Virus record (IMG/VR): IMGVR_UViG_3300044698_000184
Location: 1 to 36,888 of that record
DNA: 36,888 nt
Source of the DNA: a virus
Lineage: Duplodnaviria > Caudoviricetes
Reading direction: 5' to 3' (one strand)
Of this stretch, positions 17,378-27,182 are shown in pieces. Under the pieces are notes generated by a model. The model saw only the letters and a list, made by a program, of their open reading frames with translations, was not told the origin of the DNA and searched no databases. The translations under genes were made by a program, and so were the position numbers. Position 1 is the first letter of the stretch, and each line of letters starts with the position of its first letter.

Positions 17378-19951
17378 ATGGCAGTGGTCATAAATGTCGT
17401 CGGCAAGACGAACCTTGCGGATCTCGCCAAGGCGTCGGCGGAGATGGACAAGCTCCGCCGCGACGCCGAGAAGATGGCCCAAGGGGTCGGCGGGTCGATC
17501 CAGAAGTTCGGGCAGAAGGTGTCCGACGTCGGGCAGGGCATGGCCAACGTCGGCGACAAGATGTCCAAGACGGTCACCTTGCCGGTCATCGCCGCCGGCG
17601 GCGCGTTCCTGAAGATGTCCACCGACCTGAACAAGGGCATGGCCAACGTGCAGGCCCTCGGCGTCGCCGAGGAACGGGTCCGCGAGCTCAAGACTGGGGT
17701 GCAGGACCTCGCCGTCGTCGTCGGTAAGTCCACCGACGACCTGTCCGAGGGCCTGTACAACGTCGTGTCCGCGTTCGGTGACTCGTCCGACTCGATGAAG
17801 ATCCTGGAAACCAACGCCCGGGCGGCCACCGCCGGGCTCGCGTCGACGACCGACGCGATCAACCTGACGTCCGCGGTCACCAAGGGCTACGGCGACGTGT
17901 CCGCCGCGGCCGTCACCAAGGCGTCCGACCTTGCGTTGAAGACCGTCGAGCTCGGCCAGACCACGTTCCCGGAGTTGGCCGCGTCGATCGGGAAGGTCAC
18001 CCCGCTGGCGTCGGCGCTGAACGTGTCCCAGGAGGAACTGTTCGGGACGATGGCGACGTTCACCGGCGTGACCGGCGGCGCCGCCGAGGTGTCCACGCAG
18101 CTGCGGGGCGTCATGCAGGGGCTCATGCAGCCCACCGCCGACATGTCGGCGCTGATGGAGAGCCTCGGGGTCGAGTCGGGCGCCGCGATGGTCGAGCAGT
18201 TCGGGCTGCAGGAGTCCCTGAACCTGATCGTCAAGGCCGCCGAGGATGCCGGTCAGCCGCTCGGCAAGTACCTGTCGTCGATCGAGGGGCAGACGATCGC
18301 GCTCGCCGCGACCGGCGGGCAGGCCGACGCGTACACGGACAAGATCAAGGCGATGTCCGGTGCGGCCGGTACGACCGATGCGGCGTTCAAGGCGCAGACC
18401 GAAGGGATCAACGCGGCCGGGTTCCAGATGGAGCAGGCCAAACAGCAGGCGATCGTGCTCGGGCAGCGGCTCGGGGACACGCTCGCGCCGATGCTGATCG
18501 ACGTGTTCGACGCGGCCAAGCCGCTGGTCGCCAAGGTCGAGGAGGCCGTCGCCTGGTTCACGTCCCTGGACGAAACGCAGCAGCGCAACATCGTCAAGTG
18601 GGTGGCGATGGTCGCGGCGATGGGGCCGGTCCTGTCCATCACCGGACGGATCCTCAAACCGATCGGGTCGATGATCCGCGGCGTCGGCAAGGTCACGTCG
18701 GTCACCATCAAAGCCGCCCGTGCGATGCCTGCACTGACGCGTGCGGTCCGGGTGTACGGGTGGACGGCCGGCAAGGCGATCGGCGGGGCGGCACGGGCGG
18801 CCGCGTCCGGGACCGCCACGGCCGTCAGGGCGCTCGCGTCGTGGGTCGCTGCCGGGGCCCGGTGGGTCGCCTCGCAGGTCGCCCAGGCGGCCAAGGCAAC
18901 CGCGTCGATGGTCAGGACCGCCGCCCAGTTCGTCGCCCAGTACGTGCGGATGGCGGCCGCGTCGCTCGCTCAGGCCGCCCGGATGGCCGCGTCGTGGATC
19001 ATCGCCATGGGCCCGGTCGCATGGGTCATCGCCGGCGTGGTCGCCCTGGTGGCGCTGATCATCGCGAACTGGGACAAGGTCGTGCGTGCCACCCGGGCCG
19101 CCTGGGAATGGGTCGGCGACAAGGTCAAGGCCGTGTGGCAGTGGATCAAGGACACGACCCGCGCCGCGGTCGACGGCGTCGTCGCGTTCTTCGGCAACCT
19201 CAAGGACCGTGCCGTCGCGCTTGTCACCGGACTCGTCCGGTGGCTGATCGACCATCATCCGATGGTGATGCTGTGGCGGCTCGCCCAGGAATGGGTCCCC
19301 AAGGTCGTCAGCTGGTTCGTGGACCTGAAGGACCGGGCCCTGTCGGTCGTGGCGAACTTGCGTGACCGGGTCGTGGGGTTCTTCACCGGCATCAAGGACC
19401 GGGCCGTGAAGATCGTCACCACGATGAAGGAAAACCTGGTCGGCAACTTCAACCGGATCGTCGAGTTCGTGACCGGCCTGCCCGCCAAGATCCGTACCGC
19501 CGCGTCCGGCATGTGGGACGGCCTCAAGGACGCGTTCCGCGGGGCAATCAACTGGATCATCGACAAGTGGAACCGGCTCGAGTTCCGGATCCCCGGGTTC
19601 GACCCGCCAGGCCCGGGCCCGAAGTTCTCCGGGTTCACCCTCGGCCTGCCCGACATCCCGCGTCTGCAGATGGGCGCGATCGTCCCGGCGACACCCGGCG
19701 GCCGACACGTCGTCACGTCCGAGGCAGGCGCCGACGAAGCCGTGATTCCATTGCCGCACGGCTGGCGCAACGGCCGGTCCGGGCCGCTGGCAGGCGGAAT
19801 CAGTGTCGCGAAGGGCGCCGTGTCGGTCACGGTCGTGCTCCAGGGCGACCCGGGCGACCACTCGGCGCTGGCCAGGACGGTCCGCAAGGCCGTCAACGAC
19901 GCCCTGGCCGACGTGGTCGACGGCGTCGCCTACGGCGCAGGAGCAGCCTGA
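17378..19951 (+). CDS. tape measure protein (TP901-like core)
   Basis: 857 aa, Ala-rich helical; GQTTFPELA, W/F-periodic repeats, IPRL..G.IV. Confidence 0.96.
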   Translation: MAVVINVVGKTNLADLAKASAEMDKLRRDAEKMAQGVGGSIQKFGQKVSDVGQGMANVGDKMSKTVTLPVIAAGGAFLKMSTDLNKGMANVQALGVAEERVRELKTGVQDLAVVVGKSTDDLSEGLYNVVSAFGDSSDSMKILETNARAATAGLASTTDAINLTSAVTKGYGDVSAAAVTKASDLALKTVELGQTTFPELAASIGKVTPLASALNVSQEELFGTMATFTGVTGGAAEVSTQLRGVMQGLMQPTADMSALMESLGVESGAAMVEQFGLQESLNLIVKAAEDAGQPLGKYLSSIEGQTIALAATGGQADAYTDKIKAMSGAAGTTDAAFKAQTEGINAAGFQMEQAKQQAIVLGQRLGDTLAPMLIDVFDAAKPLVAKVEEAVAWFTSLDETQQRNIVKWVAMVAAMGPVLSITGRILKPIGSMIRGVGKVTSVTIKAARAMPALTRAVRVYGWTAGKAIGGAARAAASGTATAVRALASWVAAGARWVASQVAQAAKATASMVRTAAQFVAQYVRMAAASLAQAARMAASWIIAMGPVAWVIAGVVALVALIIANWDKVVRATRAAWEWVGDKVKAVWQWIKDTTRAAVDGVVAFFGNLKDRAVALVTGLVRWLIDHHPMVMLWRLAQEWVPKVVSWFVDLKDRALSVVANLRDRVVGFFTGIKDRAVKIVTTMKENLVGNFNRIVEFVTGLPAKIRTAASGMWDGLKDAFRGAINWIIDKWNRLEFRIPGFDPPGPGPKFSGFTLGLPDIPRLQMGAIVPATPGGRHVVTSEAGADEAVIPLPHGWRNGRSGPLAGGISVAKGAVSVTVVLQGDPGDHSALARTVRKAVNDALADVVDGVAYGAGAA

Positions 19952-21576
19952 TGGCCACCCAGACGCTACGTCCCGACGCGACCCCGCACGACAGTGCGAA
20001 GTTCGCCCGCACCGGCGGAACCACCAAACACGGGGTGGTCTCCGACGACTCGGACGCGACCTACCTCACGGCCGACTGCGACATCAACGACTCCGACATC
20101 GTGTTCAGCCTCGGCACCTACACGCTCGCGGCCGGCGAACGGGTCGCCCGCGTGCGCGCCAGGGTCCGCGGCCGCGTCGGCGCCACCGCCGGCCGCATCC
20201 GGTTCTACCTCGACATGTTCGGGGCGTCGCCCCCCGCCGGCGACCGTGCCGTGTACACCACGTTCGACTCCGGCAACCTCACCGCGTCGTTCGCGGAGGT
20301 CGCCGGCGCCTGGTTCGACGCGTCGGCCGTCGGGCTCGGGGCGACCAACCAGCAGGTCGGCATCGACGCGCACGGGGCGATGCTGTCGACCCGCAACATC
20401 TCCGGGTCCGCGGTCGTCGACATCGCCGAGGTGTACTTCGACCTCGACGTCTGGCAGGCACCCGGGACCCCGTCACCCACGCCGTCCGGGACGGTCAACG
20501 ACACCGACATCCCCACGGTCGAGTGGACCGCCACCAAGAACGACGGCGACCCCGGCACGTACACGTGGGTCGCCTACATCTATCACGAGGACGACTACAC
20601 GCTGCCCGGATGGGAGGTCGGCGACACCCTGCCGGCCTGGTACGGATTCGGCGTCGGCGTCGGCGAGACGGCTGCACTCAACGGGTCGGTGCCGTACTCG
20701 TCCGGCTACAGCCCGACGTCGTCGTCCGGGGCCGGGGCGACCGCCCCGCCGGTCCCGCTGATCAACGGCGAGACCTACCGGGTGTACGTCTTGGTCTCCA
20801 AGAACAACGTCGGCGGGACAACCCCGCTGTCGTCCGACTACGGGTTCGCGACGTTCACCCTGTCGCTCACCCTGCCGACCGCCCCGACCGTCGCGGTCGT
20901 CGTCGACCAGACCGACGGCCGGCAGACCATCACGGTCACGACCCCGGGCGCGTTGACCCACGACACCGCCGAAGGGATCGAAGTCCAACGGTCCGACGAC
21001 GGCGGAACCAACTGGGCCACGATCCGCGACGGCACCCTCGACACGTTCGACGTGGCCACCGCCTACACGTTCCACGACTACGACGCCCCGCGGGACACCG
21101 AACTGCTCTACCGGGTCCGCACCGTGGAAGGCCTCACGTCGTCGGGCACGACAATCGGGTCGGACTGGGTCACCCCGTCCTCGGTCGCGCATCCGCTCGA
21201 CGGCCGCTGGTGGCTGTACGACGTCGACTCCTGGACCCGTGTGGTCGCCGGCGCCCGGATCTCGGAGAACCCGGAGGAGGACATCGCCCAGGACGTCGGT
21301 GTGTTCCGCCCTCCCGGCCGCACGACCGCCGTCGTGGTGTCCGGCACCGTGCACGGCAACGACGGCTCCTACGCGATCCTGGCCACCGGCAGCGACGACT
21401 GCGACGACCTCGACACGATCGGCCGGTACGCCGGCACGGTCCTGGTCAAGTCCCCGTTCGGGTGGCAACGCTACGTCCGGTGGGTGGCCCGCAGCCGGGT
21501 CGTGCGCGGCACCCCGGCCGAACCGAAGCTGACCTGGACCGTCGGGTTCGTCGAAGTCGACGACGGGATCGGCTGA
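19951..21576 (+). CDS. minor tail protein (distal-tail-like, with Ig/FN3-like segments)
   Basis: Coupled to TMP; VQRSDDGGTNW..IR, DYDAP....YRVR. Confidence 0.8.
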   Translation: MATQTLRPDATPHDSAKFARTGGTTKHGVVSDDSDATYLTADCDINDSDIVFSLGTYTLAAGERVARVRARVRGRVGATAGRIRFYLDMFGASPPAGDRAVYTTFDSGNLTASFAEVAGAWFDASAVGLGATNQQVGIDAHGAMLSTRNISGSAVVDIAEVYFDLDVWQAPGTPSPTPSGTVNDTDIPTVEWTATKNDGDPGTYTWVAYIYHEDDYTLPGWEVGDTLPAWYGFGVGVGETAALNGSVPYSSGYSPTSSSGAGATAPPVPLINGETYRVYVLVSKNNVGGTTPLSSDYGFATFTLSLTLPTAPTVAVVVDQTDGRQTITVTTPGALTHDTAEGIEVQRSDDGGTNWATIRDGTLDTFDVATAYTFHDYDAPRDTELLYRVRTVEGLTSSGTTIGSDWVTPSSVAHPLDGRWWLYDVDSWTRVVAGARISENPEEDIAQDVGVFRPPGRTTAVVVSGTVHGNDGSYAILATGSDDCDDLDTIGRYAGTVLVKSPFGWQRYVRWVARSRVVRGTPAEPKLTWTVGFVEVDDGIG

Positions 21577-22691
21577 TGTATCCGGTGTCCGCCGCATTCC
21601 TGACGGCCGTCCGGCAAGCCCACACGGCCACCACGCTCGTCCACGTCATCGACGGCGCCACCGGCAACCCGACCGTGGTGCAGCCCGTCGACCTCGAGGT
21701 CACCATCGACCGGACCCGGGACGTCCGCCGCACCGTGTCCGGCACGATCGCCGACCCGACCGGGGACCTCACCCCCGCGGACGCCGACGCGCTGCTGGCC
21801 CCGTTCGGCAACGAGCTGCGCATGTGGCGGGGCGTCATGTTCCCCGCCGGCACCGAGGAAACCGTCCCGCTCGGCGTGTTCCGGCTGACCGACTTCACCG
21901 TCAACGACGGCGCCGGCGGGGTCACCATCGACATCGAGGGCGCCGACCGGGCCCTGGTCGTGCAACGCAACCGGTGGGTCGACCCGTACGTGATCACGTC
22001 CGGCACCCCGGTGGAGGACGCCGTCGCCGACCTGCTCGCCGACCGGTACCCGGACGTGCAGACCAACTTCCCCACGACCGGGCAGACCACCCCCAAGGTC
22101 GTGCTGGACGCCGGCGCCGAATCCGACCCGTGGCGCGACGCCCGGGAACTGTTCCGCGCGGCCGGCTACGAGCTGTACTTCGACGCCGACGGGATCGCCG
22201 TCGCGACCGCACCCCCCACGTTGGACACCAACCCGACGATCACCTACGCCGACGGGGCCGACGCGGTCCTGCTCGACCTGTCCCGTCAGGTGTCCACCGC
22301 CGCGTCCGTGTACAACGGCGTGGTCGCCGCCGGCGAAGGCACCGAACTCGAAACGCCCGTCCGGGCCGAAGCGTGGGACGACGACCCGACCTCGCCGACC
22401 TACCGGTACGGCCCGTTCGGGCAGGTCCCGCTGTTCTACACGTCGCCGCTGATCACGACCGCCAGCCAGGCACAGACCGCCGCGGACTCCCGCCTCGCAT
22501 CCATCCTCGGGGCGTCCGAACAGGTCGAATGGGGCCAGATCGTCAACCCGGCCCTCGACGCCGGCGACGTCCTCGAGATCACCCGCGCCAGCGCCGGCCT
22601 CGACGCCGTCCGGATCATCCTCGACACGGTGTCCATCCCGCTGCGTGCCGCCGAGGCGATGTCCGGCGCGGGACGGCGGAGGTTCCTGTGA
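21576..22691 (+). CDS. minor tail/baseplate hub protein (DUF5047-like)
   Basis: MYPVSAAFLTAVRQAH, VPLGVF, WDDDPTSPTY..GPFGQVP.FY.SPLI. Confidence 0.85.
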   Translation: MYPVSAAFLTAVRQAHTATTLVHVIDGATGNPTVVQPVDLEVTIDRTRDVRRTVSGTIADPTGDLTPADADALLAPFGNELRMWRGVMFPAGTEETVPLGVFRLTDFTVNDGAGGVTIDIEGADRALVVQRNRWVDPYVITSGTPVEDAVADLLADRYPDVQTNFPTTGQTTPKVVLDAGAESDPWRDARELFRAAGYELYFDADGIAVATAPPTLDTNPTITYADGADAVLLDLSRQVSTAASVYNGVVAAGEGTELETPVRAEAWDDDPTSPTYRYGPFGQVPLFYTSPLITTASQAQTAADSRLASILGASEQVEWGQIVNPALDAGDVLEITRASAGLDAVRIILDTVSIPLRAAEAMSGAGRRRFL

Positions 22692-23266
22692 GCGTCCGCC
22701 CGACCCGCGACCTTGCCGCCACCCTGCGGCGGGGCGGTGGCGTCCGGGTCCGGCAGGGCACCGTCGACGCGGTCAACGCGGACGGGACCATCGACGTGAC
22801 CCTCGGCGGATCCACGGTCGTGGTCCCGTCGGTCGTGACGCTCGGCGGGATCACGGGAGCCGCCGGTGACGGAGTGTGGCTGCTGCAGTGGGATCGGGAT
22901 CTGCTGGCCATCGGCGGCGCTGCCGGCGGCTGGACGGCCCCGACACTTGCGAACTCCTGGGTCGACTACGGCGGCGGCTACGAGACGGCCGGGTACCGCC
23001 GCGACCCGGGCGGGATCGTCCGCCTCAAGGGCGTGGTGAAGAACGGAACAGCTGCCGCGACGCTGTTCACGCTGCCTGTCGGGTACCGGCCGGACGAGGT
23101 AGCCATCTACATCGTCAAGGGCCGGACATCTGGGGGAACCTACGGCGACGCACGCGTCGACGTGGACCCATCCGGTGCCGTGTCGCTCAGCGCCAACGCC
23201 GGGATCTCGCCCGGCGGGGCGGCTGCCTGGGTGTCCCTGGCCGGCATCACCTTCCCGGCGGTCTAG
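22688..23266 (+). CDS. tail spike/fibre-like minor tail protein
   Basis: GTGA overlap; OB-like N-terminus and a GIVRLKG...LFTLPVGYRP...VSLAGITF tip domain. Confidence 0.75.
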   Translation: MSVRPTRDLAATLRRGGGVRVRQGTVDAVNADGTIDVTLGGSTVVVPSVVTLGGITGAAGDGVWLLQWDRDLLAIGGAAGGWTAPTLANSWVDYGGGYETAGYRRDPGGIVRLKGVVKNGTAAATLFTLPVGYRPDEVAIYIVKGRTSGGTYGDARVDVDPSGAVSLSANAGISPGGAAAWVSLAGITFPAV

Positions 23267-23302
23267 CACTCACCGACCATCAACCTGCGACAGGAGATCC
23301 GG

Positions 23303-23647
23303 ATGGCATCACCCGGCACCTACAACATGACCCACGTCCAGGGCGACGACTGGTCCACCGAACTGACGGTCGCCGACGCGGGCGGCGACCCGATCGACAT
23401 GACCGGCTACACGTTTCTCGCGCAGGCGCGGACCGCCCCGGGGGCGGCCACCGTCGCGTTCACGTTCACGGTGGACACGACCGACGCCGCCACCGGAATC
23501 CTGGTCCTCACCGTCGCCGACACCGTCACCGACGACCTCGAGCCCGGCAGGTACTTCTGGGACCTGCAGTGGACCGACGGGGCCGGGGCGGTCCGCACGA
23601 TCCTGGCCGGGATCGTCACCGTGCTGGCGGAGGTGTCACGCCCATGA
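23303..23647 (+). CDS. BppU-N-like small virion protein
   Basis: QGDDW...IDMTGYTFLAQAR...YFWDLQWT...TILAG. Confidence 0.75.
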   Translation: MASPGTYNMTHVQGDDWSTELTVADAGGDPIDMTGYTFLAQARTAPGAATVAFTFTVDTTDAATGILVLTVADTVTDDLEPGRYFWDLQWTDGAGAVRTILAGIVTVLAEVSRP

Positions 23648-25098
23648 GCGACGTCAACGTCACCGTCACCGAAGACGTCGTGCAGATCGCGGTGCCCGAA
23701 ACGACCGCCGGTCACAAGGCTGCCGCCGGCGCCGCCGCGCACGCCGGGCTGGCGATCGTGTCGGCGGCCGCCCCGGCCGCCCCGGCCGCCGATCAGCTGT
23801 GGTACGACAAGACCGCCAAGGTGCTGAAACGGTGGACGGGCGCGGCGTGGGAGACCTCCGGTAGTGACACATACCTGGCGGGTGAAGAAAACTCGTCACG
23901 GGGATCGGGGGCGCTACTGCTGCGCGTTCTCGACATCGGGTGGGAGTCCGCTGTCCTGTCGCTGAACGGCGACTCGACCACCGACGGAACCGGCGAAGCC
24001 CTGTACCTGCTCGGGCAGGCGCTCGGCGACAGGTACGACCCACTGACGGTGGGCCACGCACTCTGGGATGACGGCACGCAGGCGTACGGCACCCCCACGA
24101 TGGTCCAGCAGGGCGACGGTGCTGGACCGACGATCTTCCACGACGCGTTCGCCCGTGCCGACGGGGCAGCGGGTACCGCCGACTCTGGGCAGACGTGGTC
24201 GTCAGGAACGATCACGTCCGGGGCGCTGACCGCGACGGGCATCGTGGACGTATTCCAACCTGACGTGGACGTGCAGGCGACGATCAACCCGGCCACAGCC
24301 GGTGGGAACCGGATCACGGTGCGCCGCAAGGACTCGTCCAACCATGTGTTCGTGGACTTCTCTGCAACGTCCATGACGATCTTCAAACGGGTCGCAGGGT
24401 CCGCGACCAACCTGGGGTCCACAACCATTTCGATTGCCAACGGCACCCCCGAGACGGTGACGGTGAAGGCACGCGGCCCCTACATCGAAGCGACCTGCGA
24501 CGGGCAGACCTTGTCGGTCACCCTGTCGATAGCCGACGTGATAGCAATGTCGGCGTCCGGGCTGATGTCGACCTCGTTGGAGTTCATCTGCGCGACCAAC
24601 GGCACGTTTGACGACATCGTCGTCAAGTCGGCTCCGACCCTCACCATCTTCAACGGCTCGCATGGTGGCGCGAACGCCGCGTACCACTACGACGGGGTCC
24701 GGTTCCCGAAGATTGTGCCGCTCCGTCCGACACTTGCCATTGTGAGCCTGTCCCACAATGAAGGCGGCGCGTCCAACGGGACGTCGTGGTCGGGGCTGGC
24801 GACCCTGTGTGCCCTGGTGCAGTCGACGTACTCGGGTACGCCGATGCTGCTCACGATCCAGAACCCGAAGGCTGATCCGGCCGACGAGTGGCGCCAACTC
24901 GGCCACTACCGCCGAGCCAACCAGATCGCCAACTACGCCCGCCAGAACAACTACGGCGTCGCGGACGTGATGCGCGCCATGATCGACAACGACCCGACCC
25001 TTGCGGCCTACGTCAGCGGTGATGGAACCCATCCGACAACGGCCGGTGCTGAGTTGTGGCGCGACGAGTACCTGCGCGCACTCGGGATGCCAGCCTGA
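23644..25098 (+). CDS. receptor-binding/tail protein with SGNH esterase and inserted lectin-like beta domain
   Basis: GDSTTDG (block I), NGSHGG (II), LSHN (III), DGTHP (V); beta-sandwich insert. Confidence 0.8.
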   Translation: MSDVNVTVTEDVVQIAVPETTAGHKAAAGAAAHAGLAIVSAAAPAAPAADQLWYDKTAKVLKRWTGAAWETSGSDTYLAGEENSSRGSGALLLRVLDIGWESAVLSLNGDSTTDGTGEALYLLGQALGDRYDPLTVGHALWDDGTQAYGTPTMVQQGDGAGPTIFHDAFARADGAAGTADSGQTWSSGTITSGALTATGIVDVFQPDVDVQATINPATAGGNRITVRRKDSSNHVFVDFSATSMTIFKRVAGSATNLGSTTISIANGTPETVTVKARGPYIEATCDGQTLSVTLSIADVIAMSASGLMSTSLEFICATNGTFDDIVVKSAPTLTIFNGSHGGANAAYHYDGVRFPKIVPLRPTLAIVSLSHNEGGASNGTSWSGLATLCALVQSTYSGTPMLLTIQNPKADPADEWRQLGHYRRANQIANYARQNNYGVADVMRAMIDNDPTLAAYVSGDGTHPTTAGAELWRDEYLRALGMPA

Positions 25099-25102
25099 CC
25101 CC

Positions 25103-25124
25103 TGCGCTATGGGTTCATAGCGCA
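25103..25124. terminator. stem-loop after the RBP gene
   Basis: tgcgctatg-ggtt-catagcgca, perfect 9-bp stem, no U-tract. Confidence 0.5.
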
Positions 25125-25178
25125 CGGGTGATCTAGCCGGCCTCGACACTTCTGGAAGACCCTCCCAGGAGACACCGG

Positions 25179-25457
25179 TTGGCTGCCAGCGCACGCCGGG
25201 TCGACGTGACCGACACGCCCACCCGCCTGTCCACCCCTCCCTCAGACAGCGTCGCCGGCGCCGCACTGGACGTCCACAACCCGGCCGGGTCCGGCGATAC
25301 CGTCGACCTCGGCGGACCGGCCGTGGCCACCGGCGCCGGCTACGCGCTTGCCCCCGGCGAATCCAAAGCCATGACGTTCATGGGCGACGACGAACTGTGG
25401 GCGGTCGCACCGGCCGCCCAGACCGTCACCGTCCACGTCCTCGAACTGGGGATCTGA
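25179..25457 (+). CDS. small beta-rich virion-type protein
   Basis: AGGAG RBS, TTG start; VDLGG..V....GYALAPGES. Confidence 0.7.
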   Translation: MAASARRVDVTDTPTRLSTPPSDSVAGAALDVHNPAGSGDTVDLGGPAVATGAGYALAPGESKAMTFMGDDELWAVAPAAQTVTVHVLELGI

Positions 25458-25458
25458 C

Positions 25459-25749
25459 GTGCCGGCCGGGATCGGTCCGACCAGCACCCCCGGCACGGTG
25501 GCCCGCACCGTCCGGCAGGCATCCGGCAACATCGCCACGGTCACCACCGTCGAGCTCGAGGTCACCTGGCCGCTGCCGTTCGACAACCTGAACTACACGG
25601 TCGCGGTCGTGCTCGAGCACACCGCGTCGCCGCCTGACCTGGTCTGGGCCGTCCGGTCCCGCACGACCGACGGCGCAACGATCGCGGTCCGTAACACGTC
25701 CCTGGGAACCCGGTCCTGCACGGTGCACGCCCTCGCTACCGCAGACTGA
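25459..25749 (+). CDS. small H-type-lectin-like tail protein
   Basis: VTWPLPF....YTV.V...SRTTDGATI.VRN...VHALA pattern. Confidence 0.6.
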   Translation: MPAGIGPTSTPGTVARTVRQASGNIATVTTVELEVTWPLPFDNLNYTVAVVLEHTASPPDLVWAVRSRTTDGATIAVRNTSLGTRSCTVHALATAD

Positions 25750-25800
25750 CCGGCGTGTTCTAGCGGCCTGTGACCATAACTGCATCGAGAAGGAGACCCG

Positions 25801-25872
25801 ATGGGAATCGAACAGATCCTGGTCATCGTGATCCTCGTGGTCCTCGTCATCATCCTGCTCAAACGCGTGTGA
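25801..25872 (+). CDS. 23-aa single-TM micropeptide
   Basis: GAAGGAG RBS; MGIEQILVIVILVVLVIILLKRV (hand-translated). Confidence 0.7.
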   Translation: MGIEQILVIVILVVLVIILLKRV

Positions 25873-25873
25873 C

Positions 25874-26113
25874 GTGAGGCGTTCGTCCGAGCGACTCATC
25901 GACGCGGTCGTCCTGTTGATGCTGCTCGCGTTCGCCTGGCTGATGCGTGAAGACCAGCCGGGCCTTGCTGGGGTGATCGTCGGTGCGGCGATCCAGTTCT
26001 GGCTGTCCAAGAACGCGTCCGAGCCGCACTTGTCGATTGAACAGGCCGCCGCGAAGGCCGCCGCCGAAGTCCTCGAAGTTGCCCGCACAGCCGCAGACCC
26101 CTCCAAGGAGTGA
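25874..26113 (+). CDS. 2-TM membrane protein (lysis cassette)
   Basis: Two hydrophobic helices. Confidence 0.65.
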   Translation: MRRSSERLIDAVVLLMLLAFAWLMREDQPGLAGVIVGAAIQFWLSKNASEPHLSIEQAAAKAAAEVLEVARTAADPSKE

Positions 26114-26115
26114 CC

Positions 26116-26421
26116 ATGTTGAACTCGCAGTCGGACCCGTCGGGCCTGTACGGCACCATCGTCGGGGTCGGTGCCGCGTTCCTGGCGCTGCTGATCGCCT
26201 TTGGGATCCCGCTCACCCCGGATCAGACTGAGGCGATCCAGAACATGCTGATGGTCGGCGGGCCGCTGCTGACCGCATGGCTGATCCGCCGCAAGGCATG
26301 GGCCCCCACGTCGGTGGACTACGCCACCGCAGCGTCGTACGACGCCGGCAGGGAAGGCCGTCCGCTCGCCGACTCCGAAGACCTCCTCACCGACGGGCGC
26401 GCCGGGACCGACCAGCCGTGA
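26116..26421 (+). CDS. holin
   Basis: AAGGAG RBS; LLIAFGIPLTPDQ..AI...WLIRRKAWAP, a two-TM actinophage holin pattern. Confidence 0.8.
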   Translation: MLNSQSDPSGLYGTIVGVGAAFLALLIAFGIPLTPDQTEAIQNMLMVGGPLLTAWLIRRKAWAPTSVDYATAASYDAGREGRPLADSEDLLTDGRAGTDQP

Positions 26422-26870
26422 TCGCCGTGTTCGGCTACCGGGGCCCCGACCGACGCCGCCCTTCCCTGCTCGCACGCGCCCGACGGCGCCTGTACTACCG
26501 GGGCGCGCTGGCGGCCTGCACGTTCCTGTACGGGGTCATGGCCGTCACGGTCCCCCTGTCGTCCGGCGTGCACGTCCCGCTGGTCTTCGAAGCCCTGTTC
26601 GGTGTGGCCGCCATCTCGGGGATGGTCGTCGTGTGGCGTCCCCGCATGAACCTGTTCCGACACGTGTCGGCGATGACGGCGGTGGCCGCACCTGCGGCAC
26701 GTGCGTTGATCATCGCCGTCACCACCTCGGACCTGACCGGCCCGTCACAGATCAGCGCCGTGGCCGTCTGGACCCTGTGTGCAGGGCTCGCATTCCTAGT
26801 TTGGCCGGTGATCCTGCCGCCACACATCGACGTGGGAAGGCTCGCCGCCGCCCTCGACGGGCAGGGGTGA
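26418..26870 (+). CDS. 4-TM membrane protein (lysis cassette)
   Basis: GTGA overlap; four hydrophobic segments. Confidence 0.7.
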   Translation: MIAVFGYRGPDRRRPSLLARARRRLYYRGALAACTFLYGVMAVTVPLSSGVHVPLVFEALFGVAAISGMVVVWRPRMNLFRHVSAMTAVAAPAARALIIAVTTSDLTGPSQISAVAVWTLCAGLAFLVWPVILPPHIDVGRLAAALDGQG

Positions 26871-27175
26871 CCGTGGAAGCCGTCGGGGGAATCTACGAGC
26901 AGGTCATCATCGCCGTGGTCGTGGGGCTGCTGGCCTACGTGACCGGGTCGCGGGTCCGCAACCAGGACTCGGGGTGGGCGCAGCTGGTCAAGGCCGCCGG
27001 GTCGCACATCTCCAACCTGCAGAAGTCTCTGTCCGCTGCGTTGGCCCAGAACGTCGAGCTGCAGCAGGCGCTCCGCGAGGCCCGTGCTGAGGCGCTCGTG
27101 TGTCCGTATCCGCATCCGCATACCGAACAGGTGGACGTGACGGGACCGCTCCCGCGCGGCCACTGGGGAGAGTGA
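26867..27175 (+). CDS. TM plus coiled-coil protein (lysis cassette)
   Basis: N-terminal TM, then heptad-like ISNLQKSLSAALAQNVELQQAL. Confidence 0.7.
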   Translation: MTVEAVGGIYEQVIIAVVVGLLAYVTGSRVRNQDSGWAQLVKAAGSHISNLQKSLSAALAQNVELQQALREARAEALVCPYPHPHTEQVDVTGPLPRGHWGE

Positions 27176-27182
27176 GTGACCC

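Noticed and set aside
17258-19861. Long antisense ORFs (867 aa here, and similar ones opposite the capsid, terL and tail genes)
   Set aside because: Shadow ORFs typical of high-GC coding DNA; the + strand carries the recognisable genes.
15612-25780. Short contiguous self-matches to concatenated NN strings (e.g. cccacacgat near 15621, ggcctgtga near 25765)
   Set aside because: Only 9-10 nt, which is expected by chance in 37 kb. No convincing self-target was found by eye, though the search was not exhaustive.
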